Positions 8,954-19,135 of a DNA stretch of 64,000 nucleotides are shown piece after piece; within the stretch, counting starts at the first letter, position 1, and each line of letters starts with the position of its first letter. The stretch is from Dehalococcoidia bacterium. Lineage in GTDB: Bacteria; Chloroflexota; Dehalococcoidia; UBA2979. Below the pieces are notes generated by a model. The model was not told where the DNA came from, made no database searches, and worked only from the letters and a program-made list of their open reading frames with translations. Both the position numbers and the translations under genes were made by a program. The DNA lies in assembly GCA_965248675.1 (NCBI GenBank), contig CBDFJZ010000008.1, forward strand, positions 1,533,256-1,597,255, read 5' to 3'.

Positions 8954-9892
8954 CTAGAACGTAATCACACAACGACCACGGGTGCCGCCAGCCTCGAGGC
9001 GGGCATGCGCCTCGGCCGCCTGCTCTGGCGTGTAGGTCGCCGCGACGCGCAGGGTGACGAGGCCGTCCTCCGTCTGTTGCCGCAGGCGATCGAGGAGATC
9101 CACCCGACGGTCGTAGTCGCGCACCATCGTTCGGTGGAACGCGATCCCGCGCTCGCCGGTACCGCCCCAGCCACGCACCGAGGCGAACCCGCCGCCGTCG
9201 GCGACCGCTCCCACCGCGAACTCGTTCTGGACCGCGCCGTCAGCGAGGCCGTCCACGCCGTCGGGAGCGACCTTCCGGATCTGCTCGGCGATGTCGTCTC
9301 CCCGAGGTACGACGACGTCGGCGCCCAGATCTCGAACCAGCTGTTCGTCGACGCTGGACGCGTCCGCGATGACACGCAGGCCGTCGGCCTTTGCGAGCTG
9401 CACGACGTAGCCGCCGTAGCATCCCGCGGCGCCCGTGACGGCCAGCGTCTGCCCTGGCTGCAGCCCAAGCTGGTCGAGCGACTGGCGCGCTGTGAGCCCG
9501 TTCATCGGCAGCGTGGACGCCTCGACGTGCGTGGACCCCGCAGGTGCTCTCGCCACCGCGTCGGCCTGCAACACGATGCTCTCTCGGTAGGCGCCGTGGC
9601 TCCCGCTTGGGAGCACCATCGCCATCACCGCGTCGCCGACGGCGAGATCGGTCTCGGCGCCGTCCCCGATCTCGTCGATCACCCCCGCCGCGTCCATCCC
9701 CGGGACGTAGGGAGGCGGCCCCTTTCGCAGTGCCTCCGCCCGTGAGCCGTCGCGCACACCGGTGTCCGTCGGGTTGACCGCGACGCCGCGCACGCGCAGC
9801 CGTACCTCGCCCGGCCCGGCGTGGACCTCAGGGACGTCGACGACCTGCAGTACCTCCGGCGCTCCGAACTCGATCACTCCGACTGCTCGCAT
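8954..9892 (-). CDS. Zinc-type alcohol dehydrogenase / NADPH:quinone oxidoreductase family (MDR)
   Basis: 312 aa. GEVRLRVRGVAVNPTD...GMDAAGVIDEIG...TLAVTGAAGCYGGYVVQLAK. Confidence 0.85.
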   Translation of the reverse strand: MRAVGVIEFGAPEVLQVVDVPEVHAGPGEVRLRVRGVAVNPTDTGVRDGSRAEALRKGPPPYVPGMDAAGVIDEIGDGAETDLAVGDAVMAMVLPSGSHGAYRESIVLQADAVARAPAGSTHVEASTLPMNGLTARQSLDQLGLQPGQTLAVTGAAGCYGGYVVQLAKADGLRVIADASSVDEQLVRDLGADVVVPRGDDIAEQIRKVAPDGVDGLADGAVQNEFAVGAVADGGGFASVRGWGGTGERGIAFHRTMVRDYDRRVDLLDRLRQQTEDGLVTLRVAATYTPEQAAEAHARLEAGGTRGRCVITF

Positions 9893-9937
9893 CGCTCCCC
9901 GCCTTCCTCGTGGTCCCGATCGCGCCTGCCGTCGTCG

Positions 9938-11176
9938 CTACGAAACAACGCCCGCGCCCCGCAACTGCTCGAGGCGCTCGGCGCTGAATCCGAGGTCCGA
10001 CTCGAGAATCTCGTCGGAGTGTTCGCCCATCAGCGGCGCGCGCTGGATCGGCACGCGACTGCCGGACATCCGTGGTCCCCAGCCGAGCAGCCTGATCTCG
10101 CCGTGCTCGGGATGATCGAGCGTGTGCACGAACCCGCGCTCATTGAGGTGTTCGTCGCGGAACAGATCGCGCGTGTCGAAGTTCTTGCCGACGGGGACGC
10201 CGGCTTCACCGAGGATCCGCATCACCTCGTGCTTCGTGTGTCGCTGCGTCCACTCCGCCACGATCTCGTAGAGCGCATCGGCGTTGGTGATCCGCGCCTC
10301 GATCGTGTCGAAGCGCGGGTCCGAGGCGAGCTCCGGCTGCCCGATCGCCTGCGCCAGCGCCACCCACATGTGCGGCCGGGAGCACATCACGAACGCGTAG
10401 TCGTTCGGGCCGCGCGGCCCGAACGACTCCTGGGGCTCGGCGGGCCCGCACGGGTAGAGGTTGGTGGTCGCCGTACCGCCGTTGCCGTTGCGCTGTGCCA
10501 CGGCGTTGCCCCAGTCAGCGCCAATCGCCACCTGCGTGCGCATGTAGTAGGTCATCGCCTCCTGCATCGAGATCTCGATGTGTTGGCCCTCGCCGGTGAC
10601 CAACTTCTGGACGTAGGCGGCGGTGATCGCGAGCGCGAGCTGCACCCCCGTGCCGGCATCGCCGACCGTCGGGCCGGGGCGCATCGGTGGTCCGTCCGCA
10701 TCGCCGGTGACCGAGAATGCGCCCGCCGTCGCCTGGGCGACCATGTCGAAGCACTTGTAGTCGGAGTACGGCCCCGAGGTGCCGAACCCCTTCAGTTGCG
10801 CGTAGATGATGCTGGGATTCGCCTGCTTCATCGCGTCGTAGCCGATCTCCAGCCTCTCGACGACGCCCGGCCCGTAGTTCTCCACGAAGACGTCGTAGTG
10901 CGGCGCCATGTCGAGGATGATCTGTCGCCCCTCGGGCTGCTTGAGGTCGAGCACGATGCTCCGCTTGTTGCTGTTCCAGTTGATGAAGTACGGCGCGTTG
11001 CCCTCACCGCGGGCTCCACCGCGCCCTGGATCCCCAAACCCCGGCGGTTCCACCTTCACCACGTCCGCGCCGAGCCAGGCGAGCGCCTGCGTGCACGACG
11101 TCCCCGCCTCGTACTGCGTCATGTCGAGGACGCGCAGACCCTGGAGGGCTGTGTCCTGAGTCGGTTGGCTGGTCAT
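9938..11176 (-). CDS. Family III (CaiB/BaiF) CoA-transferase
   Basis: LQGLRVLDMTQYEAGTSCTQALAWLGADVVKVEPPGFGDPGR...VGDAGTG. The track ORF extends to 11257; Met at 11176 is preferred. Confidence 0.85.
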   Translation of the reverse strand: MTSQPTQDTALQGLRVLDMTQYEAGTSCTQALAWLGADVVKVEPPGFGDPGRGGARGEGNAPYFINWNSNKRSIVLDLKQPEGRQIILDMAPHYDVFVENYGPGVVERLEIGYDAMKQANPSIIYAQLKGFGTSGPYSDYKCFDMVAQATAGAFSVTGDADGPPMRPGPTVGDAGTGVQLALAITAAYVQKLVTGEGQHIEISMQEAMTYYMRTQVAIGADWGNAVAQRNGNGGTATTNLYPCGPAEPQESFGPRGPNDYAFVMCSRPHMWVALAQAIGQPELASDPRFDTIEARITNADALYEIVAEWTQRHTKHEVMRILGEAGVPVGKNFDTRDLFRDEHLNERGFVHTLDHPEHGEIRLLGWGPRMSGSRVPIQRAPLMGEHSDEILESDLGFSAERLEQLRGAGVVS

Positions 11177-11427
11177 CGCGCGTCTCCTCGGAGCGTCATC
11201 GGTTGTCGAGGCGGCGTCGGTGTTCGAGGGGGGGTCAGCGGAGCCGCTGCGGCTCACCTGTCCGCGGTCGAGAAGATCGAGCGCTCGCCCAGCGGGAGCC
11301 TAGCAGCACTCGGCCATGAGCCCCCGAGGTTCGATCCCTGCGCAGCCCGGCCACCAGCCTCGAGCGGTGAAGCGTCTAACCGCGGCGATCGCTCGCGGGC
11401 GCTGCCAGGCGGCCGCCGCGATGCGAG

Positions 11428-12693
11428 CTAATCGTCCCCGTGGGCTTCCTTCACCTGCGCAAAAGCGATATCGGTCACCGCCAGCGTGCGCTCGATGTCT
11501 TCGTCGCTGTGCGCCGTCGAGATGAACCAGTTGTGGGTCGGGTGCAGGTAGACGCCACGCTTCGCTGCTTCGCCTGTGAACATCATCGCCCGCGGGATCT
11601 CCATGTTGGCGGGATCGTCGCCCACGAAACGCAGCGCCGGGACCTGGACCGGGCCGGCCTGCTGAATCGCGATCCCGTGCGCCTGGGCCTGCGCATCCAA
11701 CCCCTCGCGCAGCAGCGTGCCGGCGCGCCTGATCTGCGCCGTGCCATCCGTCTCCTGCAGCGTCGTGATCGTCGCGATCGAGGCGGCCATCGCCACCCCG
11801 GAGAACCAGTACGAGCCGGTCGCGAAGAACTGTCCGGCCGCCTCCTCGAGCTCCCGCTTCGCGACGACCGCTGAGAGCGGGTAACCGTTGGCGATCGCCT
11901 TGCAATAGGCGGAGATGTCGGGCTCGATGCCATACGACGCCCAGCTACCGCCGAGGTCGAGGCGGAAGCCGGCGCGCACGTCGTCCAGCACGAGCACCGC
12001 ACCGGTCGCGTCGCAGAGGTCGCGCACGCCTTGCACGAACTCCTGGTCGGGCGCCGTCCAGGTCCCCGTTGCGTCGTATTCCACCGCGGATACGACCACC
12101 GCCGCGAGGTCGTCGCCGGCCTCGTCCGCCGCGGCACGCACGCTCTGCAGATCGTTGTAGGTATAGGTGAGCTGGAAGTTGGCGTCGGAGGGCGTCATGC
12201 CGGCAGCGCCGCTCATCCAGGTCGATCCCCAACCGTGGTAGGCGCGCTCGCCTCGAAGCGTGGTGCTCTTGCCCGTCTTGGTGCGGGCGACCTGCAGCGC
12301 GAAACGCGTCGCGTCCGAGCCGTTCTTCGCGAACCATGCCCAGTCGCCATGGTCGATCAAGCCGGTCATCAACTCGGCTAGCTCGATGATTCGCTCCGTC
12401 GGTGCGTTGAAGCAGTCGCCCTCGGCCGATTGCGCGGCTACGGCCCGCTCCACGCTCGGATGACGGTGCCCGAGGACGATCGGGCCGTAGGAGCACATGT
12501 AGTCGATGTACTCGTTGCCGTCGGCGTCCCAGATGTGGCTGCCCTCGCCACGCGCGAAAAACTGCGGGAAGCCCTCGGGCAGCCTCGTCGCGGACTGGTG
12601 ACCGTACATGCCGGCCGGCAGCACCGCCGCCGCGCGCTCCCGCAATGCCGCGTCCCGGTCGTAGCTGTTCAGCCGTTCATCCGTCGCGGTCAT
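11428..12693 (-). CDS. Class III PLP aminotransferase (GSA-aminomutase-like)
   Basis: 421 aa. YIDYMCSYGPIVLGH...NGSDAT...YHGW...VLVLDDVRAGFRL...AYCKAIANGYPLSAV (PLP-Lys). Confidence 0.85.
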   Translation of the reverse strand: MTATDERLNSYDRDAALRERAAAVLPAGMYGHQSATRLPEGFPQFFARGEGSHIWDADGNEYIDYMCSYGPIVLGHRHPSVERAVAAQSAEGDCFNAPTERIIELAELMTGLIDHGDWAWFAKNGSDATRFALQVARTKTGKSTTLRGERAYHGWGSTWMSGAAGMTPSDANFQLTYTYNDLQSVRAAADEAGDDLAAVVVSAVEYDATGTWTAPDQEFVQGVRDLCDATGAVLVLDDVRAGFRLDLGGSWASYGIEPDISAYCKAIANGYPLSAVVAKRELEEAAGQFFATGSYWFSGVAMAASIATITTLQETDGTAQIRRAGTLLREGLDAQAQAHGIAIQQAGPVQVPALRFVGDDPANMEIPRAMMFTGEAAKRGVYLHPTHNWFISTAHSDEDIERTLAVTDIAFAQVKEAHGDD

Positions 12694-12961
12694 CGGGTGC
12701 CACGCCTTCCATTACGTCCCTGATCGCTGATTCGCTGATCCCCAGCGACGAGGGGTCTAGGGCAGCCGTGCACATCGGCGCGAAGAGGCGGGCCAGGCGC
12801 TGCAGCTCCGGCTCGTTGACCTCGGGGTCACCTCGCTCTGTGATCGACTCGACCCGCGCCCCGTCCGGGGGATGGCAGCCCGCGAGTCGGCTCAGGCCGC
12901 CGTGTCGCGGTGGCGAGCTGGGTGCACTCAGCGGAGTACGATCGTGCTGGTCCATAGTTGA

Positions 12962-13338
12962 CATTCTGTCACCATCCGCGCAGAGACAGGCGTCGGCATC
13001 CGCAACGCCGCGATCGCGATGACGCTCGTCTGGTGGCCCGGCTGCGCGCGGCTGCTCCGGGGCCAGTTCCTCGCCGTGAAGACCTGCGATCACGTCGTCG
13101 CCGCCGAGTCGTTGGGCGCCAGCCGTCTGCGTCTCATGGCCAGACACATCCTGCCGATCGCCTTCACGCCGCTGCTGGTCGTTTCGACCATCGACCTCGG
13201 CGGCGTCGTGCTGCTGGCCGCCTCACTGAGCTTCATTGGCCTGGGCGCCGTCCACCGTTCCCCGAGCGGGCGCGACGGGACCTTCTCGCTCGGCGCGACG
13301 CGCGCGGCCATCTACCCTCCCGCGCGGCGAATCGCTGA
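12962..13338 (+). pseudogene. 3' remnant of a DppC/OppC-type ABC permease
   Basis: GIRNAAIAMTLVWWPGCARLLRGQFLAVKTCDHVVAAESLGASRLRLMARHILPIAFTPLLVVSTIDLGGVVLLAASLSFIGLGA, then the frame is lost (PPFPE appears in another frame). No N-terminal two-thirds is present. A stop lies at 12959..12961. Confidence 0.55.
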
Positions 13339-13512
13339 CCGGCAGCCGAGCCGATGCACGCCAGTCCGGACGGCAGATCGATTCAGCAGACGTGGGCTCC
13401 GGCCCTGACGCAGTTCGGTCCTCGCGTTCGCCTACCGTCGAGGTAGTCTGGCCGCCTCGGCCGTGTGAGCGCCGCCCGAGGCACGCGTCGAACGTCAGAC
13501 CTGGAGGCAGCG

Positions 13513-14307
13513 ATGGCATACGTCCTGTACGAGAAGCGCGGTCACATCGGCGTCATCACGCTGAACCGTCCTGAGCGCATGAACGCCCTCGGGCGCGAGT
13601 TGAGCGCCGATCTGCGCGAGGCGGAGGCGGAGTTCATCAACGACGACGACGCCTGGATCGGCATCTACACCGGCGCCGGCGACCGCGCCTTCTGCGCCGG
13701 ACGCGACCTCAAGGAAGCGGCCGAACAGGACGCCTCGGGCGAGGGGGCGGCTGCCGCGTCGACGACTAGCGCCAGCCCGCCGATCAGCCGCTTCGAGCGG
13801 ATCGCGCCCGATCACGGCAAGCCCACGATCGCCGCCATCAACGGCGCCGCGTACGGCGGCGGGCTCGAGAAGGCGCTCACCTGTGACATCCGCATCGCCG
13901 CCGAGGGGGCGCGGATGGCGCTCGCCGAGGTGAAGGTCGGGCTCTGCCCGCCCGGCGGTTCGTTCAACCTTCCGCGCCTGGTCGGCCTCTCGAACGCGAT
14001 GTGGCTGCTGCTCAGCGGCGAGCCCGTGGACGCCGACGAGGCGCTGCGGATGGGCCTCGTCACCCGCGTAGTGCCTCAGGCCGAGCTCATGCCAACGGCG
14101 CTGGCGATGGCCGAGACGATCGCCGCGAACGCGCCACTCGCCGTCCGGGCGACGCGAAAGCTGGCGCACCTCGGCCTCGAGATGCCGATGGACTACGCAC
14201 GGCGCATGGGCGCGTCGCTGATCGAGTCGGTCTGGACGTCCGAGGACTCGGTCGAGGGCGCGCGGGCGTTCGCCGAGAAGCGCGCGCCGGAGTGGCGGAT
14301 GCGCTGA
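13513..14307 (+). CDS. Enoyl-CoA hydratase/isomerase (crotonase)
   Basis: MAYVLYEKRGHIGVITLNRPERMNAL...FCAGRDLKE...AAINGAAYGGGLE. The track ORF starts at 13465. Confidence 0.85.
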   Translation: MAYVLYEKRGHIGVITLNRPERMNALGRELSADLREAEAEFINDDDAWIGIYTGAGDRAFCAGRDLKEAAEQDASGEGAAAASTTSASPPISRFERIAPDHGKPTIAAINGAAYGGGLEKALTCDIRIAAEGARMALAEVKVGLCPPGGSFNLPRLVGLSNAMWLLLSGEPVDADEALRMGLVTRVVPQAELMPTALAMAETIAANAPLAVRATRKLAHLGLEMPMDYARRMGASLIESVWTSEDSVEGARAFAEKRAPEWRMR

Positions 14308-14415
14308 TCGACAGCCCCGTCGATCCCGAGGCCGCCGCTCTGCCCGAGGTGAGAGCGCGGACAGGACGGCGCGGCAATCCCGGGATCACCGAGGCGCCTT
14401 CGGGTCAGTTCTTGG

Positions 14416-14859
14416 ATGGGCGAAATGACAACTCGATCGCTGCCCGATGTGCTCGTGTCCATTCCCGAGGGCGTCCTCGATCTGAGCTGGGGACACCCAT
14501 CGCCCCGGCTGCACGCCGTCGGAGCGATTCGGGACGCCGCGGCCCACGTCCTGGAGCTGAACGGCGTGGTTGCCCTGCAATACGGCGCGGAGCAGGGGTT
14601 CGGCAAGCTATTGGAGTCCCTCGCCGCGTTTCTGTCAGCGCAAGACGCCTACGCGATGCAGGTGGAGCCGGAGTCCCTGTTCATGACCGCGGGCGCCTCG
14701 CAGGCGCTCGACCTCGCGTGCACGGCGCTCGCGCAGCCCGGCGACACGATCTTTATCGAGGAGCCCACCTATTACCTCGTCTCGCCCTTTACGAGGTCGA
14801 TCAACTCGAGGAGGCCATTGAGCACCTCTCCCGCGCGGTGGCGGCGTATCCGGGATTAG
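14416..14859 (+). pseudogene. Class I/II aminotransferase with a large internal deletion
   Basis: The N-terminal ~120 aa (...LQYGAEQGFGKLLESLAAFL...LFMTAGASQALDLACTALAQPGDTIFIEEPTYYL) is followed, in a shifted frame, by only a C-terminal-looking tail LALYEVDQLEEAIEHLSRAVAAYPGLAP*. About 250 codons appear to be missing. Confidence 0.5.
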
Positions 14860-15022
14860 CTCCGTAGGCGCTTCGATTGGTGCGCAGCCCGGGTGCCGCC
14901 GAACGTGACCGTCGGGCACGAACCGCCGCGCTCTGGGGCAACCCCTGATCAGCTCGCAATGTGTTCGTGCGACAACGCGCTGCCCGCTGCGGCTATGCTC
15001 GCCCCACATCGAGGAGCCGACC

Positions 15023-15865
15023 ATGACGACGACCGAACGATCTGGGACCCGCGCGGCGGCACGCACCCTTCCGCCGATCGCCGAGCGCGACCTGACCGAG
15101 GTGCTCTGGGAGCAGACCGACGAAGGCGTGCTGGCGATCACCCTCAACCGCCCTGAACGGCTGAACGCGCTCAGCTTCCGGCTGCTGCGCGAGGTGCAGC
15201 AGCTCATCGATCACGCGGCCGCGACGCCGGAGGTCCGCGTCGTAACGCTGCGCGGCGCCGGCGAGCGGGCGTTCTGCTCGGGCGACGACCTGAAGGGCAT
15301 GAACCCCGAGCCGGGCTACGACAGCTCGGAGACGGTGCACCAGCCACTGCTGCTCTCGATCCGCGAGCTGCCGAATCCCGTCGTCGCGCTCGTCACCGGC
15401 TATGCCCTCGGGCACGGCTGGGAGCTCGCCTCGGCCTGCGACATGCGCCTCGTCGCCGACAACTGCGAGGTCGGCGACCACCGCGTGCAACGCTCGATCG
15501 CGATGAACGGCGGGACCTCCTGGTTCGTGCCGCGACTGGTTGGGCGCGGCCGAGCGCTGGAGCTGTTGATGACGGGCCGCCACCTCAACTCAGAGGAGGC
15601 GGTCGACTGGGGCTGGGCGAACCACGCCTGGCCGCTCGACGAATTCGACGAGCGCTCTGCGGAGTTCGTCTCGATGCTCGCGCAGTTGCCGACGATCGAC
15701 GTCGGTGTCTTCAAGGCAGCGGTCGACTACTCCGCGGAACACAGCCTCCGTGACTCACTCGCACACGAGCTCGAGGTCAGCAAGCGCACTGCGGGCACCG
15801 ATGACGCCGCCGAGGGCCGCGAGTCCTGGTGGCAGAAGCGGGTGCCGGAGTACCACGGGCGCTAG
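15023..15865 (+). CDS. Enoyl-CoA hydratase/isomerase (crotonase), second copy
   Basis: GVLAITLNRPERLNALS...RAFCSGDDLKG...VVALVTGYALGHGWELA. Confidence 0.85.
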   Translation: MTTTERSGTRAAARTLPPIAERDLTEVLWEQTDEGVLAITLNRPERLNALSFRLLREVQQLIDHAAATPEVRVVTLRGAGERAFCSGDDLKGMNPEPGYDSSETVHQPLLLSIRELPNPVVALVTGYALGHGWELASACDMRLVADNCEVGDHRVQRSIAMNGGTSWFVPRLVGRGRALELLMTGRHLNSEEAVDWGWANHAWPLDEFDERSAEFVSMLAQLPTIDVGVFKAAVDYSAEHSLRDSLAHELEVSKRTAGTDDAAEGRESWWQKRVPEYHGR

Positions 15866-15902
15866 CGCCTGACGGAGACGTCGACACACTGGGCAACTCA
15901 CG

Positions 15903-17183
15903 GTGGCGTGGATTGCGTATGTTATTGAGCAGCAACCGCGGACGGAGGGTCCGCAGGGAGGTGTTCCAGTGGTTGATTTCGCAGACACGCCAGAGATGGC
16001 CACGTTCCGCGACGAAGTCCGAACCTTCGTCAAGCAGCACCATCCGCGGCGGCTCGCCGCCGAGGCGATCTACGACACCGGCTGGGGCAACGACATCGGC
16101 ACGCTCACTCGCGAGCAGCGCGAGGAGCTGATCGCGCCCTGGCGCGCCGCGATGTCGGAGCAGGGCTGGATCTCGCCGGCGCTGCCGAAGGAGTACGGCG
16201 GCGCCGACCTCTCGCCGATCGAGCAGTTCGTCCTCAACGAGGAGTTCGCGAGTCTCGACGCCACCACGGTCGGCATCCGCCAGGACCTCGTCTCCGTCCT
16301 GATGCTCTACGGCACGGACGAGCAGAAGGCCGAGCACCTGCCGGGCCTGCTCTCGGGCAAGGTGCGCTGGGCACAGGGCTACTCGGAGCCGGGCTCCGGC
16401 TCCGATCTCGCCTCGTTGCAGACGCGCGCCACGCGCGACGGCGACGAGTTCGTCGTCAACGGGCAGAAGATCTAGACCTCCGGCGCACACCGTGCGCACT
16501 GGCTGTTCGGGCTCTTCCGCACCGACCCGGAGGCGCCGAAGCATCGCGGGATCTCCTACCTGCTGATGAAGATGGACACCCCCGGCATCACGCCGCGGCC
16601 GATGGCCCAGATGACCGGTGCGGCGGAGTTCAACGAGGTCTTCTTCGAGGACGTGCGCGTCCCCGCCAACAACCTCATCGGCGAACTCAACCGCGGCTGG
16701 TACGTCGGCGCTACGCTGCTCGACTTCGAGCGCTCCAGCATCGGCAACGCGATCGGCACGCAGAGGACCCTGGACGGGCTGCGCACGCTGCTGGTGGACG
16801 AGCAGCGCGCGAACAGCGGCCGTTCGAGGCTCGGCGAGCCCTCGGTGCGCTCCGCCCTCGCCGACCGCTACGTCGACGCCGAGGTCGCCGCGCTCTTCTC
16901 GTACCGCGTGTTCACGATGCACAACCGCGGCCTCGTTCCCAACTACGAGGCGTCGGTCGGCAAGATCTTCAACACGGAGATGATGCAGCGGATCGGCAAG
17001 ACCGCGATGACCGGCCTCGGGCTGTACGGGCAACTCGCCGGGACGGACGACGACTACACACCGATGCGATCGCGCTGGCAGCAGTACTACATGGGTGCGG
17101 TCGCCGCCACGATCGGCGGTGGCACCTCGGAGATCCAGCGCAACGTCATCGCCACCCGCGGCCTCGGATTGCCGAGGGGCTAA
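15903..17183 (+). pseudogene. Acyl-CoA dehydrogenase interrupted by one in-frame TAG (16473..16475)
   Basis: ORFs 15903..16475 and 16566..17183 share one frame with no other stop between them. The junction reads FVVNGQKI[TAG]TSGAH, where ACADs have the conserved Trp (GxKxW[IT][TS]xG). Confidence 0.8.
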
Positions 17184-17194
17184 CCGACGAGGGC

Positions 17195-18835
17195 TCACCT
17201 CGAGACGTGCGCGTGGCTGCGGTTGAATCCCGGGCTCCACTGCGCGGGGTCGACCGGGAATGGAAGCACCCCGATCCGCCGGGTCCAGTCGTCATACGAC
17301 TGGATCATCCGGTCGGCCTGGGAGCGATTCCGCTCGGCGAGGTTGTTCAGCTCGGTCCGGTCCTCGTCCATGTCGTAGAGCTCCCACTCGCCCTCGATCT
17401 CGCTCACGAGCTTCCAGTTCTCCGCGCGCATGGCGCGGCTGCCCTCGTGCTCCCAGAAGATCGGCCGCTCGCGCGTCCACTCGCCCCGCTCGATCAGCGG
17501 TAGGAAGCTCTCACCCTCGATCGGCGTGATCTGGTGGCCGTTGAACTCCGAGGGGTAGCTCGCCCCGGCCGCGTCGATACAGGTCGCGCTGATGTCGATC
17601 AGGTGCGTCGGCTGGTGGACGATGCGGGCCTCATTGATCCGTCCCGACCACGACACGATCAGCGGCGTCGAGATGCCGCCCTCGTGCACCCACCGCTTGA
17701 ACAGGCGGAAGGGCGTGTTGCTCGCGTTGGCCCAGGGCATGTCGTAGCTCATGAAGGTGTCTGCCGGGCCCGGACGCAGCTCCGGGTCGTTGCCGACTTT
17801 CATCTGCCGCCCATCGCGCAACGGCATCGCGTACCGCGACGGCGGGACCGCCGGCCCATCCTCCGCGAGGAACTCCGCGCAGCCACCGTTGTCCGCCAGG
17901 AACATGATCAGCGTGTTCTCGAGCATCTCGCGCTCGCGCAGCCTGGCGAGGATGCGTCCGATCCCCTGGTCCACCCGGTCGATCATGGCGGCGTACACCG
18001 CCATCCGCAGGTCCTCCCAGTCCCGGTTCGGTACGTCGCCCCAGTCGGGCGAGTCCTCGTGCCGAGGTGAGATCTCCCACTTGGAGTCGAGGATCTTCAT
18101 CCCCTTCAGCTCCTCGTGGCGGTTCGTTCGTAGCGTGTCCCAGCCCTGGCGGTACTTGCCTTCGTACTTCGCGATCTCCTCCTCGGGCGCGTGGAGCGGC
18201 CAGTGCGGCGCCGTGTAGGTGACGTGCAGGAAGAAGGGCCGATTGTCCTCGGCCGCATCGTCGATCATCTGCGCGGCGTTGTCGCTGATCGCGTCCGTGA
18301 GGTAGAAGTCGTCGCCCAGCGTATCGAGGTCGATCAGCGTGTCGTCGCGCATCAGCGTCAGCGGGCTGAAGTAGTTCGCCGCGCCCGCCACAATGCCGAA
18401 GAACCTGTCGAAACCACGCTGCGTCGGCGTCGGATGCGTGGTGGCGCCCGGCGTCCACGAGGCGGGGTCCATCAGGTCGTACCCACCGCCGACGTGCCAC
18501 TTGCCGGTCATGAGCGTCGTGTAGCCCTGCGAGCCCAGCACCTCGGCGATCGTCACGCAGCTCTCGTTCAGATACCCCTGGTACGCGGGCATTCCGAGGT
18601 CCGCAACCATGTGCCCGACGCCCGTCTGTTGAGGATTCAGCCCGGTCAGCAGCGCGGCGCGTGACGGGCAGCAACGCGCTGAGTTGTACATCTGCGAGAA
18701 GCGCAGCCCGCCCGCGGCGAGGCTGTCGAGGTTGGGCGTGGCGATCTCGGAGCCGTAACAGCCGAGGTCGGAGAACCCCATGTCGTCCGCCAGGATCACG
18801 ATGATGTTCGGACGGGACTTTGGCTCCTGCGTCAT
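17195..18835 (-). CDS. Arylsulfatase (formylglycine-dependent)
   Basis: 546 aa. NIIVILADDMGFSDLGCYG...SARCCPSRAALLTG (C-x-P-x-R FGly motif)...GKWHVG. Confidence 0.9.
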   Translation of the reverse strand: MTQEPKSRPNIIVILADDMGFSDLGCYGSEIATPNLDSLAAGGLRFSQMYNSARCCPSRAALLTGLNPQQTGVGHMVADLGMPAYQGYLNESCVTIAEVLGSQGYTTLMTGKWHVGGGYDLMDPASWTPGATTHPTPTQRGFDRFFGIVAGAANYFSPLTLMRDDTLIDLDTLGDDFYLTDAISDNAAQMIDDAAEDNRPFFLHVTYTAPHWPLHAPEEEIAKYEGKYRQGWDTLRTNRHEELKGMKILDSKWEISPRHEDSPDWGDVPNRDWEDLRMAVYAAMIDRVDQGIGRILARLREREMLENTLIMFLADNGGCAEFLAEDGPAVPPSRYAMPLRDGRQMKVGNDPELRPGPADTFMSYDMPWANASNTPFRLFKRWVHEGGISTPLIVSWSGRINEARIVHQPTHLIDISATCIDAAGASYPSEFNGHQITPIEGESFLPLIERGEWTRERPIFWEHEGSRAMRAENWKLVSEIEGEWELYDMDEDRTELNNLAERNRSQADRMIQSYDDWTRRIGVLPFPVDPAQWSPGFNRSHAHVSR

Positions 18836-19093
18836 CGCCGCCGCTCCTCAGTAGACCGCTATGCCCAGCTCAACTCCGCGCCGTTCGCTTGTGGCGCCCG
18901 CGAGATCTGGCGGCACGCGAACGCAGCCTGGGTGCACGAAGCGTGATGCCGCAGCCTTCATCTGACGCATGTTGAGCCGCCCCAATTCTCTGCGCTCGGT
19001 TCGGGCGGGTGCGGTGCGGCAGCTTGCAGAGGATTCGAGTGGGAGCCTCTGTGTCAAGCGGCGGGCGGTGCAGTAGCGCCAGAGTGTCCGTTG

Positions 19094-19135
19094 ACACTGC
19101 GCAGCCGCCGCCGGCGCGAAGCGTCCTCCGAGCGG
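19094..19135. repeat. Direct repeat copy A (ACAC..CAGCCGCCGCC..GCGCRAAGCRTCCTCCGAGCGG)
   Basis: About 80% identical to copy B, 455 bp downstream. The core TCCTCCGAG also recurs at 19294..19302. Confidence 0.6.

Noticed and set aside
16473-16475. In-frame TAG codons (2939, 8923, 16473, 55984) as evidence of amber recoding or pyrrolysine.
   Set aside because: The ACAD TAG replaces a conserved Trp, which is not a Pyl-type context. No pylS/pylT/pylBCD-like genes and no CUA-anticodon tRNA are in the window. The sites share no downstream structure. A nonsense change or base-call error is more parsimonious. This cannot be fully excluded without the genome.
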